DNA from: Candidatus Amesbacteria bacterium
GTDB lineage: Bacteria > Patescibacteriota > Microgenomatia > CAZETR01 > Amesbacteraceae
Reading direction: 5' to 3'
DNA length: 64,000 bases
NCBI GenBank assembly: GCA_027371535.1
Contig: DAHXMV010000002.1
Coordinates: forward strand, 67,494-131,493
The position numbers and the translations under genes are program-made. The notes beneath the pieces are model-generated. The model made no database searches. It was not told the DNA's origin and saw only the letters and a program-made list of their open reading frames with translations. Positions 1-9,308 of this stretch are shown in pieces; position 1 is the stretch's first letter; every line of letters starts with the position of its first letter.

Positions 1-1097
1 ACAGCCACAACTTCATCGGGATTGACGCTCCTATTTGGTTCCTTGCCAAAATATTCCTTGACCACTTCGACCACTTTGGGCATCCGGGTCATACCACCAA
101 CCATGACCACTTCGTCGATATCTTTGACATCCTTTTTGGCATCTTTCAGGCAGGCCTTGACCGGCGTAATAGTCTTTTGGATCAGATCGTCGACGATAGA
201 TTCCAGCTTGGCCCGGGTGAGTTTGACGTTTAAATGCAGCGGCTGGCCGTCTTTTTGGGTGATGTAGGGCTGGTTGATTTCCACTTCCATGGAAGAGGAA
301 AGTTCAATCTTGGCTTTTTCGGCAGCATCGCGGACTCTCTGCAAAGCCTGAACATCTTTTTTCAGGTCTATGCCATTGTCTTTTTTAAACTCGTCCATGA
401 TCCACTGCATAATCTTCTCGTCAAAATCATCGCCGCCTAAATGAGTATCGCCGTTGGTGGCTTTAACTTCAAAGACGCCGTCACCCAATTCCAAGACGGA
501 GATATCAAAAGTACCGCCGCCCAGGTCATAAACAGCTACAGTGTGGGCATTTTTCTTATCCAGGCCGTAAGCCAAAGCAGAAGCGGTGGGTTCATTGATA
601 ATCCTTTCAACTTTCAGGCCGGCGATTTCCCCGGCCTGCTTGGTAGCCTGGCGCTGGGAATCATCAAAATAAGCCGGCACGGTAATGACGGCCCGATCCA
701 CAGGACCACCGAGATAGGCTTCGGCATGAGCCTTCATAGTCTGGAGAATCTTGGCGGAAATTTCCTGGGGGGTATAAACCTTTCCGGCCACTTCCACACA
801 GGCCATGTTGTCTTTACCGGCAACAATTTTGTAGGGAACCATGCTTTCGGTGCGTTTGACTTCGGGATCGGTATACTTGCGGCCCATCAACCTTTTAATA
901 CTGTAGATGGTGTTTTTGGGGTTTAAGATCATCTGGCGTTTGGCCACATCCCCAACCAGATTTTTAACCGGTTCAACGACCGATGGGGTGACGTTTCTGC
1001 CGGTGTCGGCAGCGGGAATGACTTTGGTACCGCCGCTTTCCATGACGGCGACGCAGGAATTAGTAGTGCCGAGATCGATACCGATGATTTTTGACAT
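1..1097 (-). CDS. dnaK: Chaperone DnaK (Hsp70), 5' part; runs off the window start
   Basis: Manual minus-strand translation from ATG 1097: [68 protein letters not shown]. Absent from the ORF track because its stop lies outside the window. Confidence 0.98.
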   Translation of the reverse strand, partial: MSKIIGIDLGTTNSCVAVMESGGTKVIPAADTGRNVTPSVVEPVKNLVGDVAKRQMILNPKNTIYSIKRLMGRKYTDPEVKRTESMVPYKIVAGKDNMACVEVAGKVYTPQEISAKILQTMKAHAEAYLGGPVDRAVITVPAYFDDSQRQATKQAGEIAGLKVERIINEPTASALAYGLDKKNAHTVAVYDLGGGTFDISVLELGDGVFEVKATNGDTHLGGDDFDEKIMQWIMDEFKKDNGIDLKKDVQALQRVRDAAEKAKIELSSSMEVEINQPYITQKDGQPLHLNVKLTRAKLESIVDDLIQKTITPVKACLKDAKKDVKDIDEVVMVGGMTRMPKVVEVVKEYFGKEPNRSVNPDEVVA

Positions 1098-1108
1098 AAT
1101 AATATATT

Positions 1109-1144
1109 TTTATATAATTAGCAGTCTTGTTTGTCAAGTGCTAG
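1109..1144 (-). promoter_or_regulatory. CIRCE operator overlapping a sigma70 promoter for dnaK
   Basis: TTAGCAGTC-N9-AAGTGCTAG at 1118-1144; minus strand reads TTGACA-17 nt-TATAAA; the -35 box contains the grpE stop codon. Confidence 0.9.
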
Positions 1145-1601
1145 TTTGAACTGCGCTTTTGTAAACTTTAACTTTGGCAGGGCGGAGAACGTAATCCCCG
1201 ATCTTATAGCCTTTGAGAACTAATTCTGAAACAGTGTTTTCGGTTTTACCTGCCGGCATATCCACCGTTTCACCGCATTCATGTTCCTGAGGATTAAAAG
1301 TCATATCAGGCGGCGGTTCGATCAGCTGGAGGCCTTCTTCAACCAAAGCCTGGTGGAATTGCTTGGCGGCCATCTGGACACCAATATCTTTACTATGGAG
1401 AGCGGCTAATTCCATAATATCCAGTGACGGCAGGAGACGGGCAAGGAGATTGGCGTTGGCTAATTTGACAAAATCTTTTTTGTCGCTTTCCACCCTGCGG
1501 AGAAGGTTTTGATAATCGGCTAAAGCCCGTTTCCAATTTTCCTCAAGAATTTTGATTTGGGAATGGAGCTCGTCCAACTCGGCAGAAGTTTTTTTCGGCA
1601 T
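1134..1601 (-). CDS. grpE: Nucleotide exchange factor GrpE
   Basis: RALADYQNLLRR, FNPQEHE, KGYKIGDYVLRPAKVKV; lies between hrcA and dnaK; ATG 1601 chosen over TTG 1610. Confidence 0.96.
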   Translation of the reverse strand: MPKKTSAELDELHSQIKILEENWKRALADYQNLLRRVESDKKDFVKLANANLLARLLPSLDIMELAALHSKDIGVQMAAKQFHQALVEEGLQLIEPPPDMTFNPQEHECGETVDMPAGKTENTVSELVLKGYKIGDYVLRPAKVKVYKSAVQTST

Positions 1602-1603
1602 AT

Positions 1604-2335
1604 TTACCAATTACCATTTAAACCGGAAATGAGACCTGAAAAATAACGCAGAGTGGGAATTATCCGAGGATAGTCCATGCGACAGGGACCGACGACAGCC
1701 AGTGAACCCTTACGGTCCCGTCCGGCATTAAAGTGGACAAAGGCCATACCCACCGGATCAAAATACGGCCAGCCAAGATCAGTGCCAAAGACGATATGAA
1801 CCGGATCTTCACTGTAGGCTTTTTCAAAAAAGAGCTGGCTCAAACGGTTTTGCTGGTCCAATAGGGACAAGACCGTGCGGGTGACATCGATGTCGAAAAA
1901 TTCCGGCATATCCAGAATATATGAAGCGCCGGCGTAATAAACGTCCCCCGTATCGGTAGCCACGATACTTAGATTTTTGGTCTGCTGGGCCAGGGCAAGG
2001 GAAGCCTGGTGCATGAGACGGTTGAAGTCAAAACGGGAGTCCCAAACTTTTTCTTTGGCAGAGACTTCTTCGGCCACACTAAGGGCTTTTTCCTGCATCA
2101 GGTTGTCGATAAAAAACCTGAGAGCCATGGGGGTGGGCACCCGGCCGGCAGAAGTGTGAGGTTGTTTCAACAAACCCTCTTCACTTAAAGCTGACATTTC
2201 GTTTCTGATGGTGGCAGGAGAAACACCCAAACTATATTTTTTCTCCAGCTGTTCGCTGGCCACCGGTTCAGCGGTAGCGATATATTCTTCGATAATGGCC
2301 TTTAATATCTGCGTCTGGCGGTGAGTCAGATTCAT
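1604..2335 (-). CDS. hrcA: Heat-inducible transcription repressor HrcA (short form)
   Basis: LTHRQTQILKAIIEEYIATAEPVAS, SPATIRNEM, QPHTSAGRVPT, VVGPCRMDY; ATG at 2335. Confidence 0.96.
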   Translation of the reverse strand: MNLTHRQTQILKAIIEEYIATAEPVASEQLEKKYSLGVSPATIRNEMSALSEEGLLKQPHTSAGRVPTPMALRFFIDNLMQEKALSVAEEVSAKEKVWDSRFDFNRLMHQASLALAQQTKNLSIVATDTGDVYYAGASYILDMPEFFDIDVTRTVLSLLDQQNRLSQLFFEKAYSEDPVHIVFGTDLGWPYFDPVGMAFVHFNAGRDRKGSLAVVGPCRMDYPRIIPTLRYFSGLISGLNGNW

Positions 2336-2337
2336 AA

Positions 2338-2374
2338 TTAGCAATAAATTAACATGAGTGCTAACGGTTGTCAA
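2338..2374 (-). promoter_or_regulatory. CIRCE operator within the hrcA promoter
   Basis: Minus strand TTAGCACTC-N9-TATTGCTAA at 2364-2338; TTGACA at 2374-2369 with TAATTT 17 nt downstream. Confidence 0.92.
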
Positions 2375-2402
2375 GAGGCCCGGTGCACGTTACAATCAGG
2401 CA

Positions 2403-3743
2403 ATGGAGGAGGCAAAAAAGAGGGACCAATGGTGGTCTTTTGCGGGGGTAATAATCCTGGCATTAATCCTCCCCGGATTCCTAAAACTTGCTAATTCCAT
2501 AACCAGATATTTTACCGGGGCGGAAGGGAGACTGGCAGCAGTGACGGTAGATATAGGCAGACCACTGGGGCAACTACCTGCCCCGTGGGAGGCCCTGGCC
2601 CAGGGAAGCGACAATCTGAAGGGATTTACAGACGGAATCAATGACCAGTTGACGGCAGTCAAGCCGGAATATATCAGAATCGACCATATATATGACGCGT
2701 TCAACGTAGTAGGGCGGGATAGTAACGGGGGTTTGACTTTTAATTGGGCAGATTTGGATAACACCATTAAAAAAATAACAGCAACCGGAGCAATGCCGTT
2801 TTTGTCCCTGTCATATATGCCGACGGCGATCTCATCGGGAGACAATCTGGCACCGCCAAAAAACTGGAATGAATGGGCCGGTGTAGTTCAAAAAACCGTG
2901 GAACATGTCAGCGGAGATCTGGCTCTGAATAATGTCTACTATGAAGTATGGAATGAACCCGATTTATTCGGAAAATGGACCATGGGGGGCAGTAAGGATT
3001 ATCGGACACTTTACCGATACGCAGTGAGCGGAGCAATAAAAGCCCAGCGGGTCAAACCTTTTAAAATAGGCGGACCGGCAACGACGGGTTTGTATAAAAG
3101 CTGGATCGATAACTTTTTCCCGTTTATTTTAAGTAATCACCTGAGACTGGATTTTTTCTCCTGGCACAGATATGACCTGAATCTGGCCCAATATGAAGAT
3201 GATATAAACAATGTTGATAATTGGCTGGAATCACAACCATATTTTGCCAACGTGGAAAAAATTATTTCGGAAATGGGTCCGAACAGCGAAATGGGGAAAG
3301 AAAATGACACCCAGGTAGGAGCAGCCCATATGGTAGCCACGGCAAGAACTTTAATGTTCAACGTAAAATACGGGTTTAATTTTGCCATATCCGGATATTG
3401 GGGAATGGTAGGAAAACCCAGATTCAAAGCTCTAAATATGCTGGCAAGTTTGGGGAAAAACAGGCTGTCTTTAACCGGCGAAGGATCGTGGGTAAGGGCT
3501 ATCGGGGCAACGGATAACAAAAAATACCAGGTGTTACTGGTTAATTATGATCCAAAAGGATCGCATAGGGAAAATGTGCCGGTTAGTTTTGTGGGGCTGA
3601 CCCAGAAAAATTATAATCTAACCACCAGCATGTTGGACGGAGGAAAGTATTCAGCGGATATGGCTACCACGGCATCTTTCTTACAGACAATAGTCCCCAT
3701 GGAAGCCAACAGTGTGGCCATGGTGGAACTGACACCTAAATAA
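2403..3743 (+). CDS. Membrane-anchored glycoside hydrolase, GH39-like (clan GH-A)
   Basis: N-terminal TM helix; YIRIDHI, YEVWNEPD (acid/base), KIGGPA, LDFFSWHRY, IISEMG (nucleophile). ATG 2403 lies 6 nt after TACAAT. Confidence 0.8.
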   Translation: MEEAKKRDQWWSFAGVIILALILPGFLKLANSITRYFTGAEGRLAAVTVDIGRPLGQLPAPWEALAQGSDNLKGFTDGINDQLTAVKPEYIRIDHIYDAFNVVGRDSNGGLTFNWADLDNTIKKITATGAMPFLSLSYMPTAISSGDNLAPPKNWNEWAGVVQKTVEHVSGDLALNNVYYEVWNEPDLFGKWTMGGSKDYRTLYRYAVSGAIKAQRVKPFKIGGPATTGLYKSWIDNFFPFILSNHLRLDFFSWHRYDLNLAQYEDDINNVDNWLESQPYFANVEKIISEMGPNSEMGKENDTQVGAAHMVATARTLMFNVKYGFNFAISGYWGMVGKPRFKALNMLASLGKNRLSLTGEGSWVRAIGATDNKKYQVLLVNYDPKGSHRENVPVSFVGLTQKNYNLTTSMLDGGKYSADMATTASFLQTIVPMEANSVAMVELTPK

Positions 3744-5528
3744 TTAACTAACCCTGAGGATTGACAGGAAGGCTTCCTGGGGGAGATCGACTTTACCGAT
3801 GCGTTTCATTCTGGCTTTGCCTTTTTTCTGTTTCTTTAATAATTTATCTTTTCTGGTCTGGTCGCCGCCCGAGAGTTTGGCGATAACATCCTTTCTAAAT
3901 CCCTTCAGGTCAGCCCGGGCCAGGACGTGGGCTCCGATGGATGCCTGGATGGGAATCTCAAACTGCTGCCGGGGGATGACGGATTTCAACCTGTCCACCA
4001 AATCACGGGCAATGTAGGGACTGCGGACCTTCGGAACAATCTGGGACAGGGATTCAATGATTTCCCCGGAGACCAGGATATCCAGTTTTACCAGATCTGA
4101 AGCCGCAAAACCGGCAAGTTCATAATCCATGGTGGCGTAACCCTGGGTAAGACTTTTTAACTGATCATAAAACTGGTGAATCAATTCAACCAAGGGCATG
4201 GTGTAGGTTAAATGGACCAAACGGCCAAGATACTTCATGTCCAAAAGGGAAGCCCGATGATCCTGGCAAACCTGGATGGTGGGACCAACGAAGTCAGCGG
4301 GGACAAAAATGGATAAATTAATGAAGGGTTCGCGAATTTCCAAGATGACTGAGGGATCTGGTAAATCCATGGCTTTGGAGATACGGACAATCGCGCCATT
4401 TTTGGTGAGTATTTCATATTCAACTGAGGGGGCAACAGCGATGAGACTGATGCCAAACTCCCTTTCAATTCTTTCCTGTACCACATCGGCATGCAACAGC
4501 CCCAAAAGACCAACCCGGAAACCATTACCCAGAGCGGGTGAAAATTCCGGATAAAACTGGAGAGCACTATCGGTCAAACGAAGTTTACCCAGAGCGTCTC
4601 TCAAGGCGTTGATCTCTGATCCGGCAATAGGATAAAAGCTGACGAAAACCACCGGTTTTATCGGCTGGTAACCGGGCAAAGGGATAACGGCGGAATCACT
4701 TTGATTAGTTAAAGTATCCCCGACCGTAATCTGAGAGATATCCCGGATACCGGTAACAACGAAGCCAACTTCACCAGCCGAGAGGCTGGGGTAATTCTTC
4801 CGGTCCGGAACAAAGACACCCACTTCGACGGCTGAAGTCCCGGCACCGGTAGCTAAAAAGTGCAGTTTATCCCCCACCATAATCCTGCCATCTACAACCC
4901 TGATCCAGGCTAAAACCCCCAGATGAGGATCAAAACTGGAATTAAAAATTAAAGCCCTGGAAGGACCATTACTTATTCCCGACGGCGGGGGAATCTGCCT
5001 AACGATCTCCCCTAAAAGCGCATCCACCCCGGTTCCGGTTTTGGCTGAAATTTTTAGAATTTTCGCCCGGTCAAAACCAAGGATTTCGGATATCTGATTC
5101 AGAGTACTTTCGACATCTGCCGTAGAAACGTCAATTTTATTGACCACCGGTATAATTTTCAGATGCAGTTTTCTGGCGGCATTACAGTGGGCCAGAGTCT
5201 GGGCCTGAACACCCTGGGTAGCATCTATTAAAAGAACTGCGCCTTCACAGGCAGCCAGAGAGCGGTTGACTTCGTAGGAAAAATCCACATGACCGGGAGT
5301 GTCTATGAGATTCAAAATATAACTTTGATTATTTAAAGTATAGGTCATTCTGACAGGGGCCAGTTTAATTGTAATCCCCCGTTCCCTCTCGATAGGATTG
5401 CTATCCAAAAGCTGGTTACGCATCTCCCTGGCCGGAACGGTGCCGGTAATTTCCAAAAGGCGATCTGCCAGGGTGGATTTGCCATGATCTACATGGGCAA
5501 CAATAGCGAAATTCCGGATATTTTGCAT
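3744..5528 (-). CDS. lepA: Elongation factor 4 (LepA)
   Basis: IRNFAIVAHVDHGKSTLADRLL, ERERGITIK, LNLIDTPGHVDF, C-terminal RKDKLLKKQKKGKARMK. Confidence 0.99.
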   Translation of the reverse strand: MQNIRNFAIVAHVDHGKSTLADRLLEITGTVPAREMRNQLLDSNPIERERGITIKLAPVRMTYTLNNQSYILNLIDTPGHVDFSYEVNRSLAACEGAVLLIDATQGVQAQTLAHCNAARKLHLKIIPVVNKIDVSTADVESTLNQISEILGFDRAKILKISAKTGTGVDALLGEIVRQIPPPSGISNGPSRALIFNSSFDPHLGVLAWIRVVDGRIMVGDKLHFLATGAGTSAVEVGVFVPDRKNYPSLSAGEVGFVVTGIRDISQITVGDTLTNQSDSAVIPLPGYQPIKPVVFVSFYPIAGSEINALRDALGKLRLTDSALQFYPEFSPALGNGFRVGLLGLLHADVVQERIEREFGISLIAVAPSVEYEILTKNGAIVRISKAMDLPDPSVILEIREPFINLSIFVPADFVGPTIQVCQDHRASLLDMKYLGRLVHLTYTMPLVELIHQFYDQLKSLTQGYATMDYELAGFAASDLVKLDILVSGEIIESLSQIVPKVRSPYIARDLVDRLKSVIPRQQFEIPIQASIGAHVLARADLKGFRKDVIAKLSGGDQTRKDKLLKKQKKGKARMKRIGKVDLPQEAFLSILRVS

Positions 5529-5627
5529 AGCCCAATTTTAACAGAAAGCCGGTCCAGATTAAAAACCTATAATAAAACTGGCCAAAATAAATATTACCTC
5601 CAAATAAGAAACCTGTAGAATTATGCC

Positions 5628-5822
5628 ATGGACGAGCCGGTAATATTTGTGCATACCGATGTATTTGATGCCATGGGACACGAGACCAGGGTAATCGAAA
5701 CTTCCAGAAAACTGACAAGTTGCATTTCCGCTGAAGAATGTGAAGCAAATGTGAGGGTGCTTTTATATCCGGAAATACCCAAAACCCTGATAGAAGAGCT
5801 GATAAAAATCAAACCCCGATAA
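5628..5822 (+). CDS. Small hypothetical protein, possibly a truncated gene
   Basis: 64-aa ORF filling an intergenic gap; TAGAAT 6 nt before the ATG, matching the window-wide pattern; no motif recognised. Confidence 0.45.
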   Translation: MDEPVIFVHTDVFDAMGHETRVIETSRKLTSCISAEECEANVRVLLYPEIPKTLIEELIKIKPR

Positions 5823-5984
5823 CTTTTTCGGACTCCACGGAATCGATTTTAAATAAATCCACAAAGCTATTTGTTAAAAACATCCCGGGCGGCGTTTTAC
5901 GGGAAAGCTGATACTGGTATTGCTGATGATGATGTTAATTTTGGCCATGGCCCGACTTTCAGCCATGAACTTGAAGCTGCCAAT

Positions 5985-7655
5985 TTAGTTTTGTTCGGGA
6001 GCCGGAACAATAAGAGGCTCCTTTGACTGAGGCAGGAGGATGTGACGCCATTTCTCCAAACGCTTTAATAAGACCACGAAAGAACCCAGTTCCTCTACAC
6101 GGAAAAAATATGAGAGTAGAAGATAAACAGAAAAACCGATTAATGAAGTAGTCAGTGATAATCCGATAAGCGGAATGGTACGAGTGGTATCAAACACAAA
6201 CTGATCCAACAAACGCATAGGCAACCAGAGACTTAAGCCGGTGATGGCGCTGGCAATGACCATTTTGATAAAAGAACTGGCGGTCCGGATCAAAAATACG
6301 GAATCGGCATGTAAACGGGGATATAGGAGCATAAACAAAATACTGGTTTCCAGAATAGAAGTAATGCTTATGGCAGAGGCCAAACCATAAACACCGAAAT
6401 TAAAAACTTTGACCAAGATTATGCCCAAAGTCACATCAAACAGGGCGGCAAACAAACCTACCGTCAGAGGAGTTTTAGTATCGTGGAGGGCATAGAATCC
6501 ACGGATAATCAGCTGCACCATGGCAGAAAATGTGGCCGAAAATGCCAATATGGCCAAAGTTTTCCCGGTAATAATGGTCGCCAACCAGGGGAATGACTTG
6601 GCACCAAAAACCAATCTGACAATAGGGATGCGCAGAACGATGAATAAAGTGCTTACCGGCAGGGACAAAAAGGCAATCTGGGCAAGGGAGCTGATAATTG
6701 TCTGGCGGAATCGCTTTTTATCTGTTTCCGAGGATTCCCTGGACAGGGCAGGGAGAGCTGCCTGGCCGATGGTAACGCCAAAAAGCGAAGCAGGCAAGGC
6801 GTAGAGGAGCCTGGCAACATTAAAAATAGTCAGGGATCCGGATACCAGAAGCGAACATAGAATCACAGCTACAAACTGCTCTATCTGATCAATCCCCAAA
6901 GACAAAGCCCGGGGGGACATTAACCGGATAATTTCCTTCACTTCAGGAAAGCGCCAGTTTAAAGACGGGACAAATCTGAACCCCAGACTGAAAGCCAAAG
7001 GTAACTGGATACCCATATGCAAAGCCGCGCCAATCACCACACCGATTGCCGGTCCATAAATACCGAGTGCCGGGGAGAGAAAAATGGTACCGGCAATAAT
7101 ACCCAGATTATAAACAACCGGGGCCAGAGCAGGAATCAGAAATCTTTGATGGGACTGAATGATGCCGGTGAGGAAACCGGAAATACAAAAAAATATCTGG
7201 GCAATCAGCATTACTCTTAAAAGTGAGGCCATAGTGGAAATCTGAACCGGATTAAAACCCGGAGCGATGAGCTTAGACAGGGGGCCGGCGATAATATAAA
7301 TGACCAAGGAGATAATAATAAAGATCAATAAAACCAGATTTAACGAAGTACCGGCAACATACCAGGCTTTATCATCCTTTTGGCCTAATATTCTGGTAAA
7401 TACGGGAATAAAAGCCGCTGATAAGGAGCCTATAACTAATAACTGGAAGAGGGTATCGGGGATAACAAAAGCAGCATAGTAGACATCCAAGAGTGAAGAC
7501 TTAGATCCAAAAAAAACATCGATAAGAATCCTGGTTTTTAACAAACCTATAAGATGTGAGACGGCATAAGTAACCATAATGATAAAAGCAGCCGATAGAA
7601 TATTGGTCTGACGCCTGGTAAAGAAGCTTGTACCGCTTTTGATAAGCTCCCGCAT
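5985..7655 (-). CDS. murJ: Lipid II flippase MurJ (MviN)
   Basis: LDVYYAAFVIPD, GSLSAAFIPVF, LAPVVYN, RGFYALHDTKTP, many TM helices; ATG 7655 lies 7 nt after TATAAT. Confidence 0.95.
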   Translation of the reverse strand: MRELIKSGTSFFTRRQTNILSAAFIIMVTYAVSHLIGLLKTRILIDVFFGSKSSLLDVYYAAFVIPDTLFQLLVIGSLSAAFIPVFTRILGQKDDKAWYVAGTSLNLVLLIFIIISLVIYIIAGPLSKLIAPGFNPVQISTMASLLRVMLIAQIFFCISGFLTGIIQSHQRFLIPALAPVVYNLGIIAGTIFLSPALGIYGPAIGVVIGAALHMGIQLPLAFSLGFRFVPSLNWRFPEVKEIIRLMSPRALSLGIDQIEQFVAVILCSLLVSGSLTIFNVARLLYALPASLFGVTIGQAALPALSRESSETDKKRFRQTIISSLAQIAFLSLPVSTLFIVLRIPIVRLVFGAKSFPWLATIITGKTLAILAFSATFSAMVQLIIRGFYALHDTKTPLTVGLFAALFDVTLGIILVKVFNFGVYGLASAISITSILETSILFMLLYPRLHADSVFLIRTASSFIKMVIASAITGLSLWLPMRLLDQFVFDTTRTIPLIGLSLTTSLIGFSVYLLLSYFFRVEELGSFVVLLKRLEKWRHILLPQSKEPLIVPAPEQN

Positions 7656-7676
7656 GTGTGTTATTATATGGCGGTC

Positions 7677-7916
7677 ATGCCGATAACTGTAGGTGCAATC
7701 AGAAAACAAAGAGCAGACAAACGCAAGGTCGTGATAAACCAAAGAGTCCGAAACGCTTTGAAAGAGGCGGTGGCGGCGATGAGAAAAAAGCCGACTGAAA
7801 AAAATCTCAGAGAGGTATATATCAGAGCCGATCGGGCGGCTAAAGGTAGGGTGATCCACAAAAATAAAGCTGCCAGACTGAAATCGAGACTGGCTCTACT
7901 GGTTAAGAAAAAGTGA
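7677..7916 (+). CDS. rpsT: 30S ribosomal protein S20
   Basis: MPITVGAIRKQRAD ... DRAAKGRVIHKNKAARLKSRL. Confidence 0.96.
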   Translation: MPITVGAIRKQRADKRKVVINQRVRNALKEAVAAMRKKPTEKNLREVYIRADRAAKGRVIHKNKAARLKSRLALLVKKK

Positions 7917-7934
7917 AATTGATATACTGATGGC

Positions 7935-8468
7935 ATGCCTGCCCAGACCAGCAAGGTTAACCTGCTTCCGCCTTCGGATTTTGAGTTGTCATTTTGGGGC
8001 AGATTTTTAAAATGGGCCGTTACTACAGGGAGGTATATTATTATTTTAACCGAACTGGTAGTAATTTTGGCTTTTTTATCCCGATTTAAGCTGGATGAGG
8101 ATCTGAAGAACTTAAACGACCAGATAAACACCCAGGTGGGTTTTCTGGATAATCAACAGGGGAGTGAAAATGATTTTCTGGCCCTCCAAAAAAAGCTGAA
8201 TCTGGCAAGCCAAATGTTATCAGACCGCCAAAATGCCGGAGAATCTCTGGATTATATTGAAAACAACATGCCCCCGGAAATCATTCCCTTATCCAGGGGG
8301 GTGGGCAAAAACCATGTCAGTCTGAACGCGGCAACTTTAGACGAAAAAGCGATGGGGAAACTGCTGTTACTGGTCTCCCAAGACCCGCAATGGAAAAGCG
8401 TTGATCTCACACAGATAGTCGGTGACCAGACTTTCGGAATCAGATTTACATTAGACGCGAGAAAATAA
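7935..8468 (+). CDS. PilN-like type IV pilus alignment protein
   Basis: N-terminal VNLLP motif, one TM helix, coiled coil, ferredoxin-like C-terminus; precedes a PilO-like gene. Confidence 0.7.
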   Translation: MPAQTSKVNLLPPSDFELSFWGRFLKWAVTTGRYIIILTELVVILAFLSRFKLDEDLKNLNDQINTQVGFLDNQQGSENDFLALQKKLNLASQMLSDRQNAGESLDYIENNMPPEIIPLSRGVGKNHVSLNAATLDEKAMGKLLLLVSQDPQWKSVDLTQIVGDQTFGIRFTLDARK

Positions 8469-8469
8469 T

Positions 8470-9114
8470 ATGGCATTAGATTACAAAAGCAGCCTTTCAC
8501 GATACCGGCGATACCTGCAACTGGTCCAAACGCAGCCACTGTGGTCAACAAGCATGTGGGTGATAATGTCACTGGTATTATTAATTGCCCTACTGGTTTT
8601 AGCTCTGAAACCGACGCTGGTGACCATCTCCAGTTTATTAGGTCAAATTGATCAGCAAAAGGCGGTATCGGCCAAACTTGATAAAAAAATCACCCTAGTC
8701 CAGCAAGCCATAGTGGAAATGGATTCGGTGACAGATAAGATACCACTGTTGGACAGCGCTTTGCCCAAAGATCCTAACTGGGAAGAATTATCCGACTCGC
8801 TGTATGAAATTGCCACAAACAGCGGCCTGGTAACCACAGACATCATGATAGATAAAATTCCAATATCGGCTACCGAACCGATTTCGGCAGCCGGCACGGT
8901 TTACAAACCCCTGGTACCAAGCGGAGTAATACCCGTTAGATTTACACTGGTCATGTCCGGCGATTATAGTAAAATGAGACAGGTGGTTGCAGATCTGGAA
9001 AGTATGAGAAGAGTGTTGATGTTGTCAGAGGTGGACATAGTCGCAAATAAAAACGGGGTCTTAACGATGACCATTACCGGGGAGGCCGGTTATATGCCAG
9101 ATAAAACTTTATGA
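8470..9114 (+). CDS. pilO: PilO-like type IV pilus alignment protein
   Basis: TM helix, coiled coil, LDSALPKDP, GDYSKMRQVVADLESMRRV. Confidence 0.75.
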   Translation: MALDYKSSLSRYRRYLQLVQTQPLWSTSMWVIMSLVLLIALLVLALKPTLVTISSLLGQIDQQKAVSAKLDKKITLVQQAIVEMDSVTDKIPLLDSALPKDPNWEELSDSLYEIATNSGLVTTDIMIDKIPISATEPISAAGTVYKPLVPSGVIPVRFTLVMSGDYSKMRQVVADLESMRRVLMLSEVDIVANKNGVLTMTITGEAGYMPDKTL

Positions 9115-9308
9115 AAAAGAGGGGAATTGACCGGGATATTGTGGTACTATTAATATCAACGTTGATTACTGTCGCGTCATGGGTGGGTTTTGAGGTTTAC
9201 AGGGCCTATGTAAAGGTGGTTGTTTCTGCCCAGACAACCAAACACCTGCAAATGATCGACCCAACACTGAATAAAGATGTCTTTACCAAGTTGGAAAACT
9301 TAAAATGA
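9111..9308 (+). CDS. Small single-TM hypothetical protein
   Basis: 65 aa, 4-nt start/stop overlaps with both neighbours, one hydrophobic helix. Confidence 0.75.
   Translation: MKKRGIDRDIVVLLISTLITVASWVGFEVYRAYVKVVVSAQTTKHLQMIDPTLNKDVFTKLENLK

Noticed and set aside
22-1149. Four + strand ORFs (81, 68, 161 and 80 aa)
   Set aside because: Antisense shadows of dnaK, which occupies the minus strand with unmistakable Hsp70 motifs.
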